A DNA stretch of 56,576 bases, taken from an uncultured Candidatus Saccharibacteria bacterium (GTDB lineage Bacteria; Patescibacteriota; Minisyncoccia; Minisyncoccales; PWPS01). A program made the translations under genes and the position numbers. A model generated the notes under the pieces. It saw nothing but the letters and a program-made list of their open reading frames with translations, did no database searches and was not told the DNA's origin. Position 1 is the first letter of the stretch, and every line of letters starts with the position of its first letter. The stretch lies in the NCBI GenBank assembly GCA_964460255.1, contig CAYWPY010000001.1, forward strand, positions 1 through 56,576, in the 5' to 3' direction. Below, one piece after another: positions 35,774 through 44,493 of this stretch.

Positions 35774-36317
35774 CCGCTCCCGCTCTTAAAACTTCCGCTT
35801 TTCCTTTATTTAGCTTTACTATCGTGGACGGTTTAGAATTTAAAACACCACCATCAACATAAAAATCAACCCTTTTTCCAAAATATTTTTTCGCCATTTT
35901 AATTGTTTTTGCCGGTGGTTCTCCTTGCTTATTAGCACTGGGAGCAACTAAAGGACCAGTTTTTTCCAATAAATTAATTAAATCCGACTTATCCGGAACT
36001 CGAAAGGCTATCGTCTCTCCCCCACGATGAAGATGGGGGAATTTTTTTATCGGTAAAATTAAACTACACTTTCCCGGCCAAAATTTAAAAGACTTATCGA
36101 TATTGAAATAGCTCTTTAATTGCTCCTTAGAAGCGATAAGAACAATCAAAGGTTTATCTTTGTCCCTTTCCTTGATTTCGTATATTTTTTCAACTATTCG
36201 TGGAGATAAAGCTGTCCCCACTAAACCATAAAGAGTGTCGGTAGGAAAAACTCCAATTTTATTGGAGTTAATTAAATCTACAATTTTTTGATTTTTTAAA
36301 GAATTAAATTCTTGCAC
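35751..36317 (-). CDS. tsaC: L-threonylcarbamoyladenylate synthase (YrdC/TsaC family)
   Basis: YrdC-domain motifs VFPTDTLYGLV and APSANKQGEPP. Its 3' end overlaps the fmt 3' end by 23 nt (convergent). Confidence 0.85.
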   Translation of the reverse strand: MQEFNSLKNQKIVDLINSNKIGVFPTDTLYGLVGTALSPRIVEKIYEIKERDKDKPLIVLIASKEQLKSYFNIDKSFKFWPGKCSLILPIKKFPHLHRGGETIAFRVPDKSDLINLLEKTGPLVAPSANKQGEPPAKTIKMAKKYFGKRVDFYVDGGVLNSKPSTIVKLNKGKAEVLRAGAVSEKLFQ

Positions 36318-36318
36318 C

Positions 36319-36564
36319 TTATTTAAGATTGGACATTTTTTGAACCGCTTTCATCTGCATCTTTTTTAAAGCATCATTAATACAGCTGACCAGTAAATCT
36401 TCTTGCTTTCTCTTGGTTAGTTCGGGGCTGATTTCTATTTCCTTAATTTTCATTTCCCCATCAACTTTAACTTTTACTCCTTCTTTTTCCACTTCGGAAA
36501 ACTCATTCTTAAGAGAATTTTTAATCTTTCTTAGTTCGTTTATTTTTTTTAAATTATCAAGCAT
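36319..36564 (-). CDS. ybaB: YbaB/EbfC-family nucleoid-associated protein
   Basis: 81 aa. The pattern VEKEGVKVKVDGEMKIKEIEISPEL...EDLLVSCINDALKK resembles YbaB. Confidence 0.7.
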   Translation of the reverse strand: MLDNLKKINELRKIKNSLKNEFSEVEKEGVKVKVDGEMKIKEIEISPELTKRKQEDLLVSCINDALKKMQMKAVQKMSNLK

Positions 36565-36642
36565 TTTACTAATAAAATATTTAAACTATTAATTTATAGA
36601 TTTTAAGCACGAGTTAAAGATTAACATAATTAATCCTCCTAA

Positions 36643-37524
36643 TCAAGATCGGAAACGCTTCTCGAGATATTTTTTGAAATCTTCTCCAATATCTTTTCTT
36701 CTCAGAGCAAATTCAACAGAAGTTTTTAAGTATCTTAATGGGTCTCCGGTCGTATGCCACTCACCTTCTATCGGTTGAGCAATTACCTTTTCACCCTCCT
36801 GAGCAAGCGAATTAATAATATCCATCGCCCACAACTCTCCATCTTTACCGGTTTTGGTCTGTTTCGCTTCTTCAATTATTTTATTAGAAAATACAAATCT
36901 ACCGAAAAGAGCCATGTTGGAAGGAGCTTTATCAGCCGGTAATTTTTCATACCCGGATTCAATTTCATAATTTTTATCTTCATTTTTATACTTAACTGTT
37001 CCGTATCGTTCTACTTCTTCATCGGGAACTTCTTGAACACCCAAAACCGCTGTTGGGTTTTCTTTCTCGTAAACGTCAATTAATTGTCTTGTAACCGGGA
37101 TATCAGAAATAGTTAAGTCGTCACCAAACATATAAACGAAAGCCTCATCGTCATCAATAAGCGGTGCGGCACAAAGAAGTGGAGTTGCATTGCCGTAGGG
37201 ATAGCCTTTGTGTTGTCTTACAAAAGCAAAATTAGCCATTTCGGGAATATCTTTTACTTTATTCAATCTTTTTATCTTTCCCGCCTCTTTTAAAGCTCTT
37301 TCTAATTCATAATTGGAATCAAAATGGTCTTCCATCGGCATTTGACCCGCTCGGGTTACTATTATTATGTCTTCAATTCCGGACTGAACTGCCTCTTCAA
37401 CAAGGTGATGAATTATGGGTTTATCAACTATCGGCAACATCTCTTTGGGTTGATTTTTGGTCGCCGGTAAAAACCTGGTTCCGTATCCGGCGGCGGCGAT
37501 AACTGCTTTTTTTATTTTAGGCAT
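36643..37524 (-). CDS. galU: UTP--glucose-1-phosphate uridylyltransferase
   Basis: KAVIAAAGYGTRFLPATKNQPKEMLPIVDKP nucleotidyltransferase signature. 293 aa. Confidence 0.93.
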   Translation of the reverse strand: MPKIKKAVIAAAGYGTRFLPATKNQPKEMLPIVDKPIIHHLVEEAVQSGIEDIIIVTRAGQMPMEDHFDSNYELERALKEAGKIKRLNKVKDIPEMANFAFVRQHKGYPYGNATPLLCAAPLIDDDEAFVYMFGDDLTISDIPVTRQLIDVYEKENPTAVLGVQEVPDEEVERYGTVKYKNEDKNYEIESGYEKLPADKAPSNMALFGRFVFSNKIIEEAKQTKTGKDGELWAMDIINSLAQEGEKVIAQPIEGEWHTTGDPLRYLKTSVEFALRRKDIGEDFKKYLEKRFRS

Positions 37525-37535
37525 AATCCTTATTA

Positions 37536-38162
37536 TTATTTTGATATTACTGCTAACATTTTATTAACTTTTCCCTCCTTCCGATAAGAAAAAAGGTCGG
37601 GGTCACAATAAGTGCATCTTGAAGATATCCTTATGTTTTTTACATTTTCCTTTTTTAATTTTAATTTAACAACCTTTTGTAAATTTAAAAACTTTTTTTC
37701 TTTTTTACTTCGAAAACAATTTTTATAATTTGAAAATTTTTTTACCAAATCATCTCCAACTTGAAAGTGACAAACCTGAATTGAGGGACCGATAAAAACG
37801 GTTAAGTTTTCTGGTTTTTCATTCACTAATTTCAAGCTTTTAATCATTTCCTCAACAATCCCCTTCTCAATCCCTTTCCATCCCCCGTGTAAAATTCCAA
37901 TAATCTCTTTTGAGTAAAAATAAATCGGCAAACAGTCGGCAACCGTTACCGCCAGAGCTAAATTATCTTTTGTAATCAGCCCATCGGTCTTTTTAATAAT
38001 TTTTTTTGAGTTGGAATCAACAATCGCTACTCTTTTTCCGTGAACTAAATCAGCCCTGACTAATTTTTTACTTATCTTCTTTTTATTTAAAAAATTATTT
38101 ATATCTTGTTCGTCTTTAATCGGACCCTCCTTTTTTTCGGATAATAATAATTTCATAACCAA
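37536..38162 (-). CDS. pgeF: YfiH/PgeF-family (DUF152) purine nucleoside phosphorylase / peptidoglycan editing factor
   Basis: VADCLPIYF, LHGGWKG, CHFQVG and a C-terminal CTYC, typical of the family. Confidence 0.8.
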   Translation of the reverse strand: MVMKLLLSEKKEGPIKDEQDINNFLNKKKISKKLVRADLVHGKRVAIVDSNSKKIIKKTDGLITKDNLALAVTVADCLPIYFYSKEIIGILHGGWKGIEKGIVEEMIKSLKLVNEKPENLTVFIGPSIQVCHFQVGDDLVKKFSNYKNCFRSKKEKKFLNLQKVVKLKLKKENVKNIRISSRCTYCDPDLFSYRKEGKVNKMLAVISK

Positions 38163-38764
38163 AAAATAAGTGCCGTTTCAATTAGAGCGGCCAATAATAA
38201 ACCGGGAAGAGCAAAGTAAACAAAGACATCAGAAACTAAATTAAATGCTTCTTTTATTTTTCTATTTCCGAATTTTAACTTTTTAAAATCAGTAATTAAA
38301 GATTTTAAGGTTATCCTCTTTTCTTTAATCTCTTTATAAGTAACAGCTCCTAAAAACAAGCCGGATCCGCTCCCAACAAAAAGACTAAAAAGTTCAAAAA
38401 CACCATGAGGTAAAATACTTACCAACAAACCGACAATTCCAAAATGAGGATAAACATATCCGGAAACCACGCCCAAAACAAATCCATTGATGATTGTAAA
38501 TAAAATGGGAATTATTCCAAAAAGAATCCCCGTAACCATACTGATAAAAACCTTGATTGTGTTATTAAAAAATATAAATAAAAAGGTGAAAGGAAAATTA
38601 AAATTATTTATAAAAGAAAATTCACGAGTTAATTCAGAAAAAAACATTTGAGTCTCTTCCGGAAAGAAGTAATTATACAACAATCCGAAAACAAAAAAGG
38701 AAACAAAAATTACTGCAACTATATAAAAATATTTTTTAATCTCTAATAATTTTTCTTTAAGCAT
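38153..38764 (-). CDS. SpoIIM-like (DUF95) membrane protein
   Basis: FFNNTIKVF...INGFVLG and LPHGVFELF motifs with 5-6 TM segments. Confidence 0.65.
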   Translation of the reverse strand: MLKEKLLEIKKYFYIVAVIFVSFFVFGLLYNYFFPEETQMFFSELTREFSFINNFNFPFTFLFIFFNNTIKVFISMVTGILFGIIPILFTIINGFVLGVVSGYVYPHFGIVGLLVSILPHGVFELFSLFVGSGSGLFLGAVTYKEIKEKRITLKSLITDFKKLKFGNRKIKEAFNLVSDVFVYFALPGLLLAALIETALIFWL

Positions 38765-40481
38765 GGTTGTTTTTTAAAAGTTTTAAATCGATTTCCCTAA
38801 GCTCATCTAAGCGACTTAAATTAAATTCGGGATCAATAAGACTACCCAAATACTGCCCGGAAACAAAATGGGGCAACAGAACGTAATCAACTCCTTCCTG
38901 ATATAAATGAAGAGCATCTTCTTTTTCTTCCGCTCTGATAATTAACTTAATATTATTTTTAATTTTTTTGATCTTTTTCACCAATTCTCGGTTATCTTTA
39001 AAATTGGGACTAGTGGAGATAATTACTTTTGTTTCTTCTAAATTTAACTCATCTAGAATATCGGGATCGGTAATGTCAGAAAAAAGATGCTTGATATTCT
39101 TTTCTTTTAAATTCTTAATAACTAAAGGGTCAAAATCAACAACCAGCAAATCGTTTTTATTTAAATAATTCATCATCCCCTTTCCGGTTCGATTAGCACC
39201 GATTAGAATAATAGGCTTAGAAATATTCATATCACTCTCTCTTTCCTCAATTGTGTTTTCTTTTTCAAAAAAATTAAGATGTTTATTAATTTTGGGATAT
39301 ATTTTTTCAGAATACAAAATTGAATATGTAGAAAGTACGAAAGTTATTATTCCTATTGTCGTAATCAGAGCAAAGGTCTGCTCGTTAATATGTCCGATTG
39401 ATAAACCCAAAGTGGCAAAAATTAAACTGAATTCTGAAATTTGAGGAACAGTGCTTGCAGTTAAAAAACCGGTTCTTTTAGTATAACCGAGATGCTTTAA
39501 AATAAGCATAACTATTAACGGCTTGGTAACCATCACAAATAAACTCAAAACCAATATGGGAATAATGATCTCATTAAAGTTGGAAACAACTACTAAAGAA
39601 CCGATAATTACGAAGAAAATAAGAATAAAGAAGTCCCTAAGAGGTCGCACTTTGCTGGCAATATGGTATTTATGAGAAGAGTTAGCTAAGGCAATACCAC
39701 TTAAAAAACCGGCAATTTCAATTGAAAACCCAACCATTTTGGCAAAAACACTAAAAAATAAAAGCCAAGCTAAACTCACTAAAAATAAAAGTTCTTGTGA
39801 ATGAGCAATTTTTTTAAAAAGATAAGGAAAAACGAAGCGCCCCAAAGAAATCATCAAACCAAAAAGGAAAACAGCTCCCATAATGATCCTAATAATTATT
39901 TCCGGTCTAAATTCTCCTCCTACCTCGATTGCATTAAGACCTATCAAAATCAAAATTACAACCAAGTCTTGAATTAATAGAAGTCCAACCGAAATACGTC
40001 CATAAAGACTATTTATCTCCTTTTTTTGAGAAAGCAACTTTATAATTATAACCGTACTTGAAAAGGCTAAAGCGATAGCAATATATAAAGAGGAAACCGG
40101 ATTAAAATTAAAAATAAAATTAGCAATTAAAAATCCACCAGTAGCACTTGCTAAAATCTGAGTAAGTCCCAAAATAATTGATGTCTTTCCCAGTTGCTTA
40201 ATTGATCTATAATCAATTTCCAATCCGACTAAAAAAAGAAGAAACATTACTCCCAAATTAGAAAAAAGCTCCAGAGCGTCTCGGCCGCCGACATCCAAAA
40301 ATCCAAAAAAACCGATAATTATACCGGTAATCAAATAAGCTAGAATTAAAGGCTGCTTTAAAGCCTTTAAAATAACGCCCAAAATAGCTGCTAAAACTAA
40401 AATTACTCCCAATTCAAAAAGCAAAGGATCAACATTGGTTATTAAATTAAAAAAAATATCAGAAATTGAATTTAAAGACAT
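38757..40481 (-). CDS. CPA2-family cation:proton antiporter with C-terminal RCK/TrkA-N domain
   Basis: About 12-13 TM segments (KQPLILAYLITGIIIG) plus a Rossmann ILIGANRTGKG. The ORF-track start 40538 overlaps mscS by 56 nt; ATG 40481 (MSLNSISD...) leaves a 1-nt gap and is preferred. Confidence 0.85.
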   Translation of the reverse strand: MSLNSISDIFFNLITNVDPLLFELGVILVLAAILGVILKALKQPLILAYLITGIIIGFFGFLDVGGRDALELFSNLGVMFLLFLVGLEIDYRSIKQLGKTSIILGLTQILASATGGFLIANFIFNFNPVSSLYIAIALAFSSTVIIIKLLSQKKEINSLYGRISVGLLLIQDLVVILILIGLNAIEVGGEFRPEIIIRIIMGAVFLFGLMISLGRFVFPYLFKKIAHSQELLFLVSLAWLLFFSVFAKMVGFSIEIAGFLSGIALANSSHKYHIASKVRPLRDFFILIFFVIIGSLVVVSNFNEIIIPILVLSLFVMVTKPLIVMLILKHLGYTKRTGFLTASTVPQISEFSLIFATLGLSIGHINEQTFALITTIGIITFVLSTYSILYSEKIYPKINKHLNFFEKENTIEERESDMNISKPIILIGANRTGKGMMNYLNKNDLLVVDFDPLVIKNLKEKNIKHLFSDITDPDILDELNLEETKVIISTSPNFKDNRELVKKIKKIKNNIKLIIRAEEKEDALHLYQEGVDYVLLPHFVSGQYLGSLIDPEFNLSRLDELREIDLKLLKNNHA

Positions 40482-40482
40482 G

Positions 40483-41535
40483 TTAATTAACAAGATGAAC
40501 GGTTCTAGTGGGATAAGCCATATCGATATTTTCTTCATTAAAACGCTTTTTAATCTTCAATAAAATTTCTTGATGAACATTTCTATAATCTAGATATTCA
40601 GAAGAAAGAACGTAATAGGAAACTTCAAAATTTAAAGCAGAATCACCAAAACCGATAAAATGAGCCCGGTCAAATTCAGCCAATTCAATATTATTAATAA
40701 TTTCTTGAATTATTTTGGGAATTCTTTCCATCTTTTGATCATCGGTCTTATAAACAACTCCAAACTCAAACAAAGCTCTTCTTTTTTCCATTTTTTTATA
40801 ATTATGGATTCTAGCCGTAGTTAGTTCTTTATTTGCCATTACTATTTCCTCCCCTTGCAGAGCTCGTAAACGGGTTGTTTTAATTCCGATCTTTTCTACT
40901 ATTCCCGACTTTTCACCAACTACTATATAATCTCCGATGACAAAAGGTTTGTCAAAATAAATTGCAAATGAACTGAATAAGTCTTCAAGTATATTTTGAA
41001 AAGCAAAAGCAACAGCTATCCCCCCGACTCCCAAGCCGGCAATAAGAGAAGTTACCTCCACTCCAAAATTAGATAAAATGAGTAGAAATAAAAACACCCA
41101 AAAAAGAGCTTTGAAAACAGTTCCGATATTTTTAATCGGCGCCTTTGCTCCCGGCTCAGCTTCAACCAATAATTTCTTATCCAAATAGTAGTCAATTAAC
41201 ATCTGTACACCGATACCGACTCTAACAGCTATCCAGACAATTAAAAAACGAGTAAGCCAAAGCTTTATATCTGTAGAAATCGTTAATAAAGATAAAGAAA
41301 GATAAAACGATAAATATAAGTAAAAATAAGTTTTTATTGAAACTATAAATTTAATTACAACTGCTTTTAAACCCTCCCCTTTTTGTTCTTTTTCTAATTT
41401 GCTTAAAATTAGAGATTCAACAATTTTAATAACTAAAAATAAAATTAAAAGCACCCCAAAAAAGTAAAGGTAACTTAAGATCGTATTTCCAAGAAAAGTC
41501 TTATTTAAAATTGTTAAATTATTTAAGTATTCCAT
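40483..41535 (-). CDS. mechanosensitive ion channel (MscS family)
   Basis: N-terminal TM helices followed by the MscS beta-domain pattern FDKPFVIGDYIVVGEKSGIVEKIGIKTTRLRALQGEEIVMANKEL. Confidence 0.88.
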   Translation of the reverse strand: MEYLNNLTILNKTFLGNTILSYLYFFGVLLILFLVIKIVESLILSKLEKEQKGEGLKAVVIKFIVSIKTYFYLYLSFYLSLSLLTISTDIKLWLTRFLIVWIAVRVGIGVQMLIDYYLDKKLLVEAEPGAKAPIKNIGTVFKALFWVFLFLLILSNFGVEVTSLIAGLGVGGIAVAFAFQNILEDLFSSFAIYFDKPFVIGDYIVVGEKSGIVEKIGIKTTRLRALQGEEIVMANKELTTARIHNYKKMEKRRALFEFGVVYKTDDQKMERIPKIIQEIINNIELAEFDRAHFIGFGDSALNFEVSYYVLSSEYLDYRNVHQEILLKIKKRFNEENIDMAYPTRTVHLVN

Positions 41536-41595
41536 ATATTTACTTGCTTACTTTTCAAGTATAATATTTTGCTTATTTATTATCAACCCGTTTTA

Positions 41596-41623
41596 TTGAC
41601 ATTTATTAATTTTATTATATAAT
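41596..41623 (+). promoter_or_regulatory. promoter candidate
   Basis: TTGACA (41596-41601), 16-nt spacer, TATAAT (41618-41623). AAGGAGG lies upstream of ATG 41646. Confidence 0.55.
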
Positions 41624-41645
41624 AAAGAAACAAGGAGGGATAAAT

Positions 41646-42095
41646 ATGAAAAAGACAGTTCTTTTTATTTTAATTGTAGTAATTTTATTTTCCCCACTAA
41701 TAAAGGCAGAGGAAAAGATAGTTCCATTATACGTTCTAAATTACGAAATAGCGGAAAATTTAAATTCTCAGGAGATGATCTACCCGGTTTATAGATCTAT
41801 TGATTTTAAATCACCCGTCCGGAATATTATTAACAAATTATTGAATATTAAATTTACCGAAAAGGAAAAGGAAATGGGTTTTTGCAGTGAATTTGAAAAA
41901 GATCACCGAATAACGGTTAAAGGAATTAATCTGAAAGACGGAATTCTAACCGTAGAATTTAATGACCCGGAACAGTTCACTACCGGAGGATCTCAGCGGG
42001 TTCTCATCTTAAAAGAACAAATTAAAAAAACATTGCTACAATTTAATTCCATAAAAAAAATAAATATTCTACCTGAATATTTATTTCAACCCTAA
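41646..42095 (+). CDS. secreted GerMN-domain-like protein
   Basis: Signal peptide MKKTVLFILIVVILFSPLIKA. The remainder fits the GerMN pattern (…PVYRSI…NKLL…GINLKDGILTVEFN…GGSQRVLILKEQIKKTLLQF…). Confidence 0.55.
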   Translation: MKKTVLFILIVVILFSPLIKAEEKIVPLYVLNYEIAENLNSQEMIYPVYRSIDFKSPVRNIINKLLNIKFTEKEKEMGFCSEFEKDHRITVKGINLKDGILTVEFNDPEQFTTGGSQRVLILKEQIKKTLLQFNSIKKINILPEYLFQP

Positions 42096-42099
42096 GTAA

Positions 42100-42125
42100 A
42101 AAACCCCGTTAAAAAACGGGGTTTT
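42100..42125 (+). terminator. rho-independent terminator (also the left end of the repeat unit)
   Basis: AAAACCCCGTT-AAAA-AACGGGGTTTT followed by A-TTT. Confidence 0.75.
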
Positions 42126-42127
42126 AT

Positions 42128-42156
42128 TTGACATAACTATATGTAAATTGTATGGT
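42128..42156 (+). promoter_or_regulatory. promoter of cassette copy 1
   Basis: TTGACA (42128-42133), 17-nt spacer, TATGGT (42151-42156). AAGGAGG at 42163-42169. Confidence 0.6.
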
Positions 42157-42176
42157 TTATGTAAGGAGGGATTAAA

Positions 42177-42830
42177 ATGAAAAAGATTGTTGTTCTTTTC
42201 ATATCACTACTATTAATTTTTTCTTTTACTTTTTCCGGCTTTGCAAATGAGGATCCAGCTGTGCAGGTGGGAGATGAAAGCTTAAGCGAGGAAGTCTTAG
42301 CTGCAAGGATTGAACAAGGCACTAATGGCGACCCAAAATTTCAGCTTGAAGAACATGAAGTTGTTATTCTTTTTATTAAATACGCACTGGTAAAAAATAC
42401 AATTGAAGTAATGGATACTGACTCCAACATGGATACAATTCATAAGAAGGCAGAGGAAAAAATAAATACACTATTAGAAAGAAATAATATAAATGTAGAA
42501 GAGCTGGAGGAGATAGGATCCTTGACTTATCAACAAGAGAAAGAAAATTATTCAATGTCCATAGGTTTAGATGTTTTAAATCAACACTACCACAAAGAAG
42601 CTAAAGAATTCGTTAGTAACCAGATGGTGGATGAAGCATTAAATAAATTAAAACTTGAAGTAGAACCAGAAAATATAGAGGAAATTAAGAGAAGAATTCA
42701 AACAACTCTAGTCGAAGCCAAAAAAACTGAACTTGTTTACGATAGACTGTTTGAAGAATATCAAAAAGGACTCTCTATCAATACTGATCAAGTTGACAGA
42801 GAAAAAGTAATTCAAAACTTGAAGTTTTAA
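42177..42830 (+). CDS. secreted protein, cassette copy 1 (possible SurA/PrsA N-terminal chaperone-like fold)
   Basis: 217 aa with signal peptide MKKIVVLFISLLLIFSFTFSGFA. The mature N-terminus NEDPAVQVGDESLSEEVLAARIEQ resembles the start of SurA-N-type chaperone domains. The function is inference only. Confidence 0.85.
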   Translation: MKKIVVLFISLLLIFSFTFSGFANEDPAVQVGDESLSEEVLAARIEQGTNGDPKFQLEEHEVVILFIKYALVKNTIEVMDTDSNMDTIHKKAEEKINTLLERNNINVEELEEIGSLTYQQEKENYSMSIGLDVLNQHYHKEAKEFVSNQMVDEALNKLKLEVEPENIEEIKRRIQTTLVEAKKTELVYDRLFEEYQKGLSINTDQVDREKVIQNLKF

Positions 42831-42835
42831 TAAAA

Positions 42836-42864
42836 ACCCTACTTAAAAAGTAGGGTCTTTTTTT
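42836..42864 (+). terminator. rho-independent terminator of copy 1
   Basis: ACCCTACTT-AAA-AAGTAGGGT followed by C-TTTTTTT. Confidence 0.75.
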
Positions 42865-42954
42865 ATTTTTAGGAGTGTTTCTAGTCGTTATTCTTATTTT
42901 TTAATTTGCTTAAAGTTAGTTCTAAAAAACCCCCGTTAAAAAACGGGGTTTTAT

Positions 42955-42983
42955 TTGACATAAATATATGTAAATTGTATGGT
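42955..42983 (+). promoter_or_regulatory. promoter of cassette copy 2
   Basis: TTGACA (42955-42960), 17-nt spacer, TATGGT (42978-42983). AAGGAGG at 42990-42996. Preceded by a copy of the 42100 hairpin. Confidence 0.6.
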
Positions 42984-43003
42984 TTATGTAAGGAGGGATT
43001 CAA

Positions 43004-43657
43004 ATGAAAAAACTATTTGTTCTTTTTATATCACTAATTTTAATTTTTTCTTTTACTTTTTCCGGCTTTGCAAATGAGGATCCAGCTGTGCAGGTGGGAG
43101 ATGAAAGCTTAAGCGAGGAAGTCTTAGCTGCAAGGATTGAACAAGGCACTAATGGCGACCCAAAATTTCAGCTTGAAGAACATGAAGTTGTTATTCTTTT
43201 TATTAAATACGCACTGGTAAAAAATACAATTGAAGTAATGGATACTGACTCCAACATGGATACAATTCATAAGAAGGCAGAGGAAAAAATAAATACACTA
43301 TTAGAAAGAAATAATATAAATGTAGAAGAGCTGGAGGAGATAGGATCCTTGACTTATCAACAAGAGAAAGAAAATTATTCAATGTCCATAGGTTTAGATG
43401 TTTTAAATCAACACTACCACAAAGAAGCTAAAGAATTCGTTAGTAACCAGATGGTGGATGAAGCATTAAATAAATTAAAACTTGAAGTAGAACCAGAAAA
43501 TATAGAGGAAATTAAGAGAAGAATTCAAACAACTCTAGTCGAAGCCAAAAAAACTGAACTTGTTTACGATAGACTGTTTGAAGAATATCAAAAAGGACTC
43601 TCTATCAATACTGATCAAGTTGACAGAGAAAAAGTAATTCAAAACTTGAAGTTTTAA
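43004..43657 (+). CDS. secreted protein, cassette copy 2 (mature part identical to copy 1)
   Basis: 217 aa. It differs from copy 1 only in the signal peptide (MKKLFVLFISLILIF versus MKKIVVLFISLLLIF). The nucleotide sequence is identical to copy 1 from codon 13 through the terminator, as aligned by eye. Confidence 0.85.
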   Translation: MKKLFVLFISLILIFSFTFSGFANEDPAVQVGDESLSEEVLAARIEQGTNGDPKFQLEEHEVVILFIKYALVKNTIEVMDTDSNMDTIHKKAEEKINTLLERNNINVEELEEIGSLTYQQEKENYSMSIGLDVLNQHYHKEAKEFVSNQMVDEALNKLKLEVEPENIEEIKRRIQTTLVEAKKTELVYDRLFEEYQKGLSINTDQVDREKVIQNLKF

Positions 43658-43662
43658 TAAAA

Positions 43663-43691
43663 ACCCTACTTAAAAAGTAGGGTCTTTTTTT
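43663..43691 (+). terminator. rho-independent terminator of copy 2
   Basis: Same ACCCTACTT-AAA-AAGTAGGGT stem-loop plus a T-run. Confidence 0.75.
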
Positions 43692-43781
43692 ATCTTAAGG
43701 AATGTTTCTAGTCGTTATTTTTATTTTTTAATTTGCTTAAATTAGCTCTAAAAGAAAAACCCCGATAAAAGCGAGTTTTAT

Positions 43782-43810
43782 TTGACATAAATATATGTAA
43801 ATTGTATGGT
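43782..43810 (+). promoter_or_regulatory. promoter of cassette copy 3
   Basis: TTGACA (43782-43787), 17-nt spacer, TATGGT (43805-43810). AAGGAGG at 43817-43823. The upstream hairpin copy is degenerate (CCCCGATAAAAGCGAG). Confidence 0.6.
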
Positions 43811-43830
43811 TTATGTAAGGAGGAATTCAA

Positions 43831-44487
43831 ATGAAAAAACTATTTGTTCTTTTCATATCACTAATTTTAATTTTTTCTTTTACTTTTTCCGGCTTTGCAA
43901 ATGAAGATCTAGCTGTGCAGGTGGGAGATGAAAGCTTAAGCGAGGAAGACTTAAATGTCCGGATTGATAAAAGTGCCAACACTCGTGATCCACACAAAAG
44001 ACTTGAACCACACGAAATTGTCTCCAGTTTTGTTTTATATGCGTTGGTAAAAAACACTATCGAAAGAGTAAAACCTAGAACCGATATGGATAAAATCCAC
44101 GAGGCAGCAGAAAAAAAACTGGATGAGGGATTAAAGCTAAATGATATGGGTATGGGAGAGGTGGTGCAAAACGGACCCAGAACGGAAAAACAGATAATGG
44201 AAGGGGTCACCACTTCCGTAGTTTTGGAAGTTTTAAATCAACACTACCACAAAGAAGCTAAAGAATTCGTTAATACCCAGATGGTGGATGAAATACTAAA
44301 TGAATTAAATTTTGAACTAAAACTAAAAAATAAAGAGGAAATTAATAAAAAAATTCGACAAACTCTTGTTCAAATAAAAAAAGCAGATCTTGTCCGCAGT
44401 GCAGTATTTGAAGAATATCAAAAAGGATTTACTATTTACACCAACAAAGTTGATAAAGAAAAAGTAACTCAAAATTTGAATTTTTAA
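43831..44487 (+). CDS. secreted protein, cassette copy 3 (diverged mosaic paralogue)
   Basis: 218 aa with a signal peptide and first ~39 residues almost identical to copies 1 and 2. There are conserved islands (YALVKNTIE, VLNQHYHKEAKEFV, QMVDE, FEEYQKG) between strongly diverged segments. Confidence 0.85.
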   Translation: MKKLFVLFISLILIFSFTFSGFANEDLAVQVGDESLSEEDLNVRIDKSANTRDPHKRLEPHEIVSSFVLYALVKNTIERVKPRTDMDKIHEAAEKKLDEGLKLNDMGMGEVVQNGPRTEKQIMEGVTTSVVLEVLNQHYHKEAKEFVNTQMVDEILNELNFELKLKNKEEINKKIRQTLVQIKKADLVRSAVFEEYQKGFTIYTNKVDKEKVTQNLNF

Positions 44488-44493
44488 TAAAAA

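Noticed and set aside
36589-36627. 12-codon mini-ORF (MLIFNSCLKSIN) behind an AGGAGG between galU and ybaB
   Set aside because: It is too short and unremarkable to support as a gene. The AGGAGG may be fortuitous or relate to ybaB expression. I noted it only because ybaB itself lacks an obvious SD.
43827-44213. 128-aa antisense ORF across cassette copy 3 (and the related 42137..42322 ORF across copy 1)
   Set aside because: It lies opposite a CDS with a promoter, RBS, signal peptide and terminator. It has no RBS, low-complexity Ser/Phe-rich content, and is not preserved as an ORF of equal length in the other copies.
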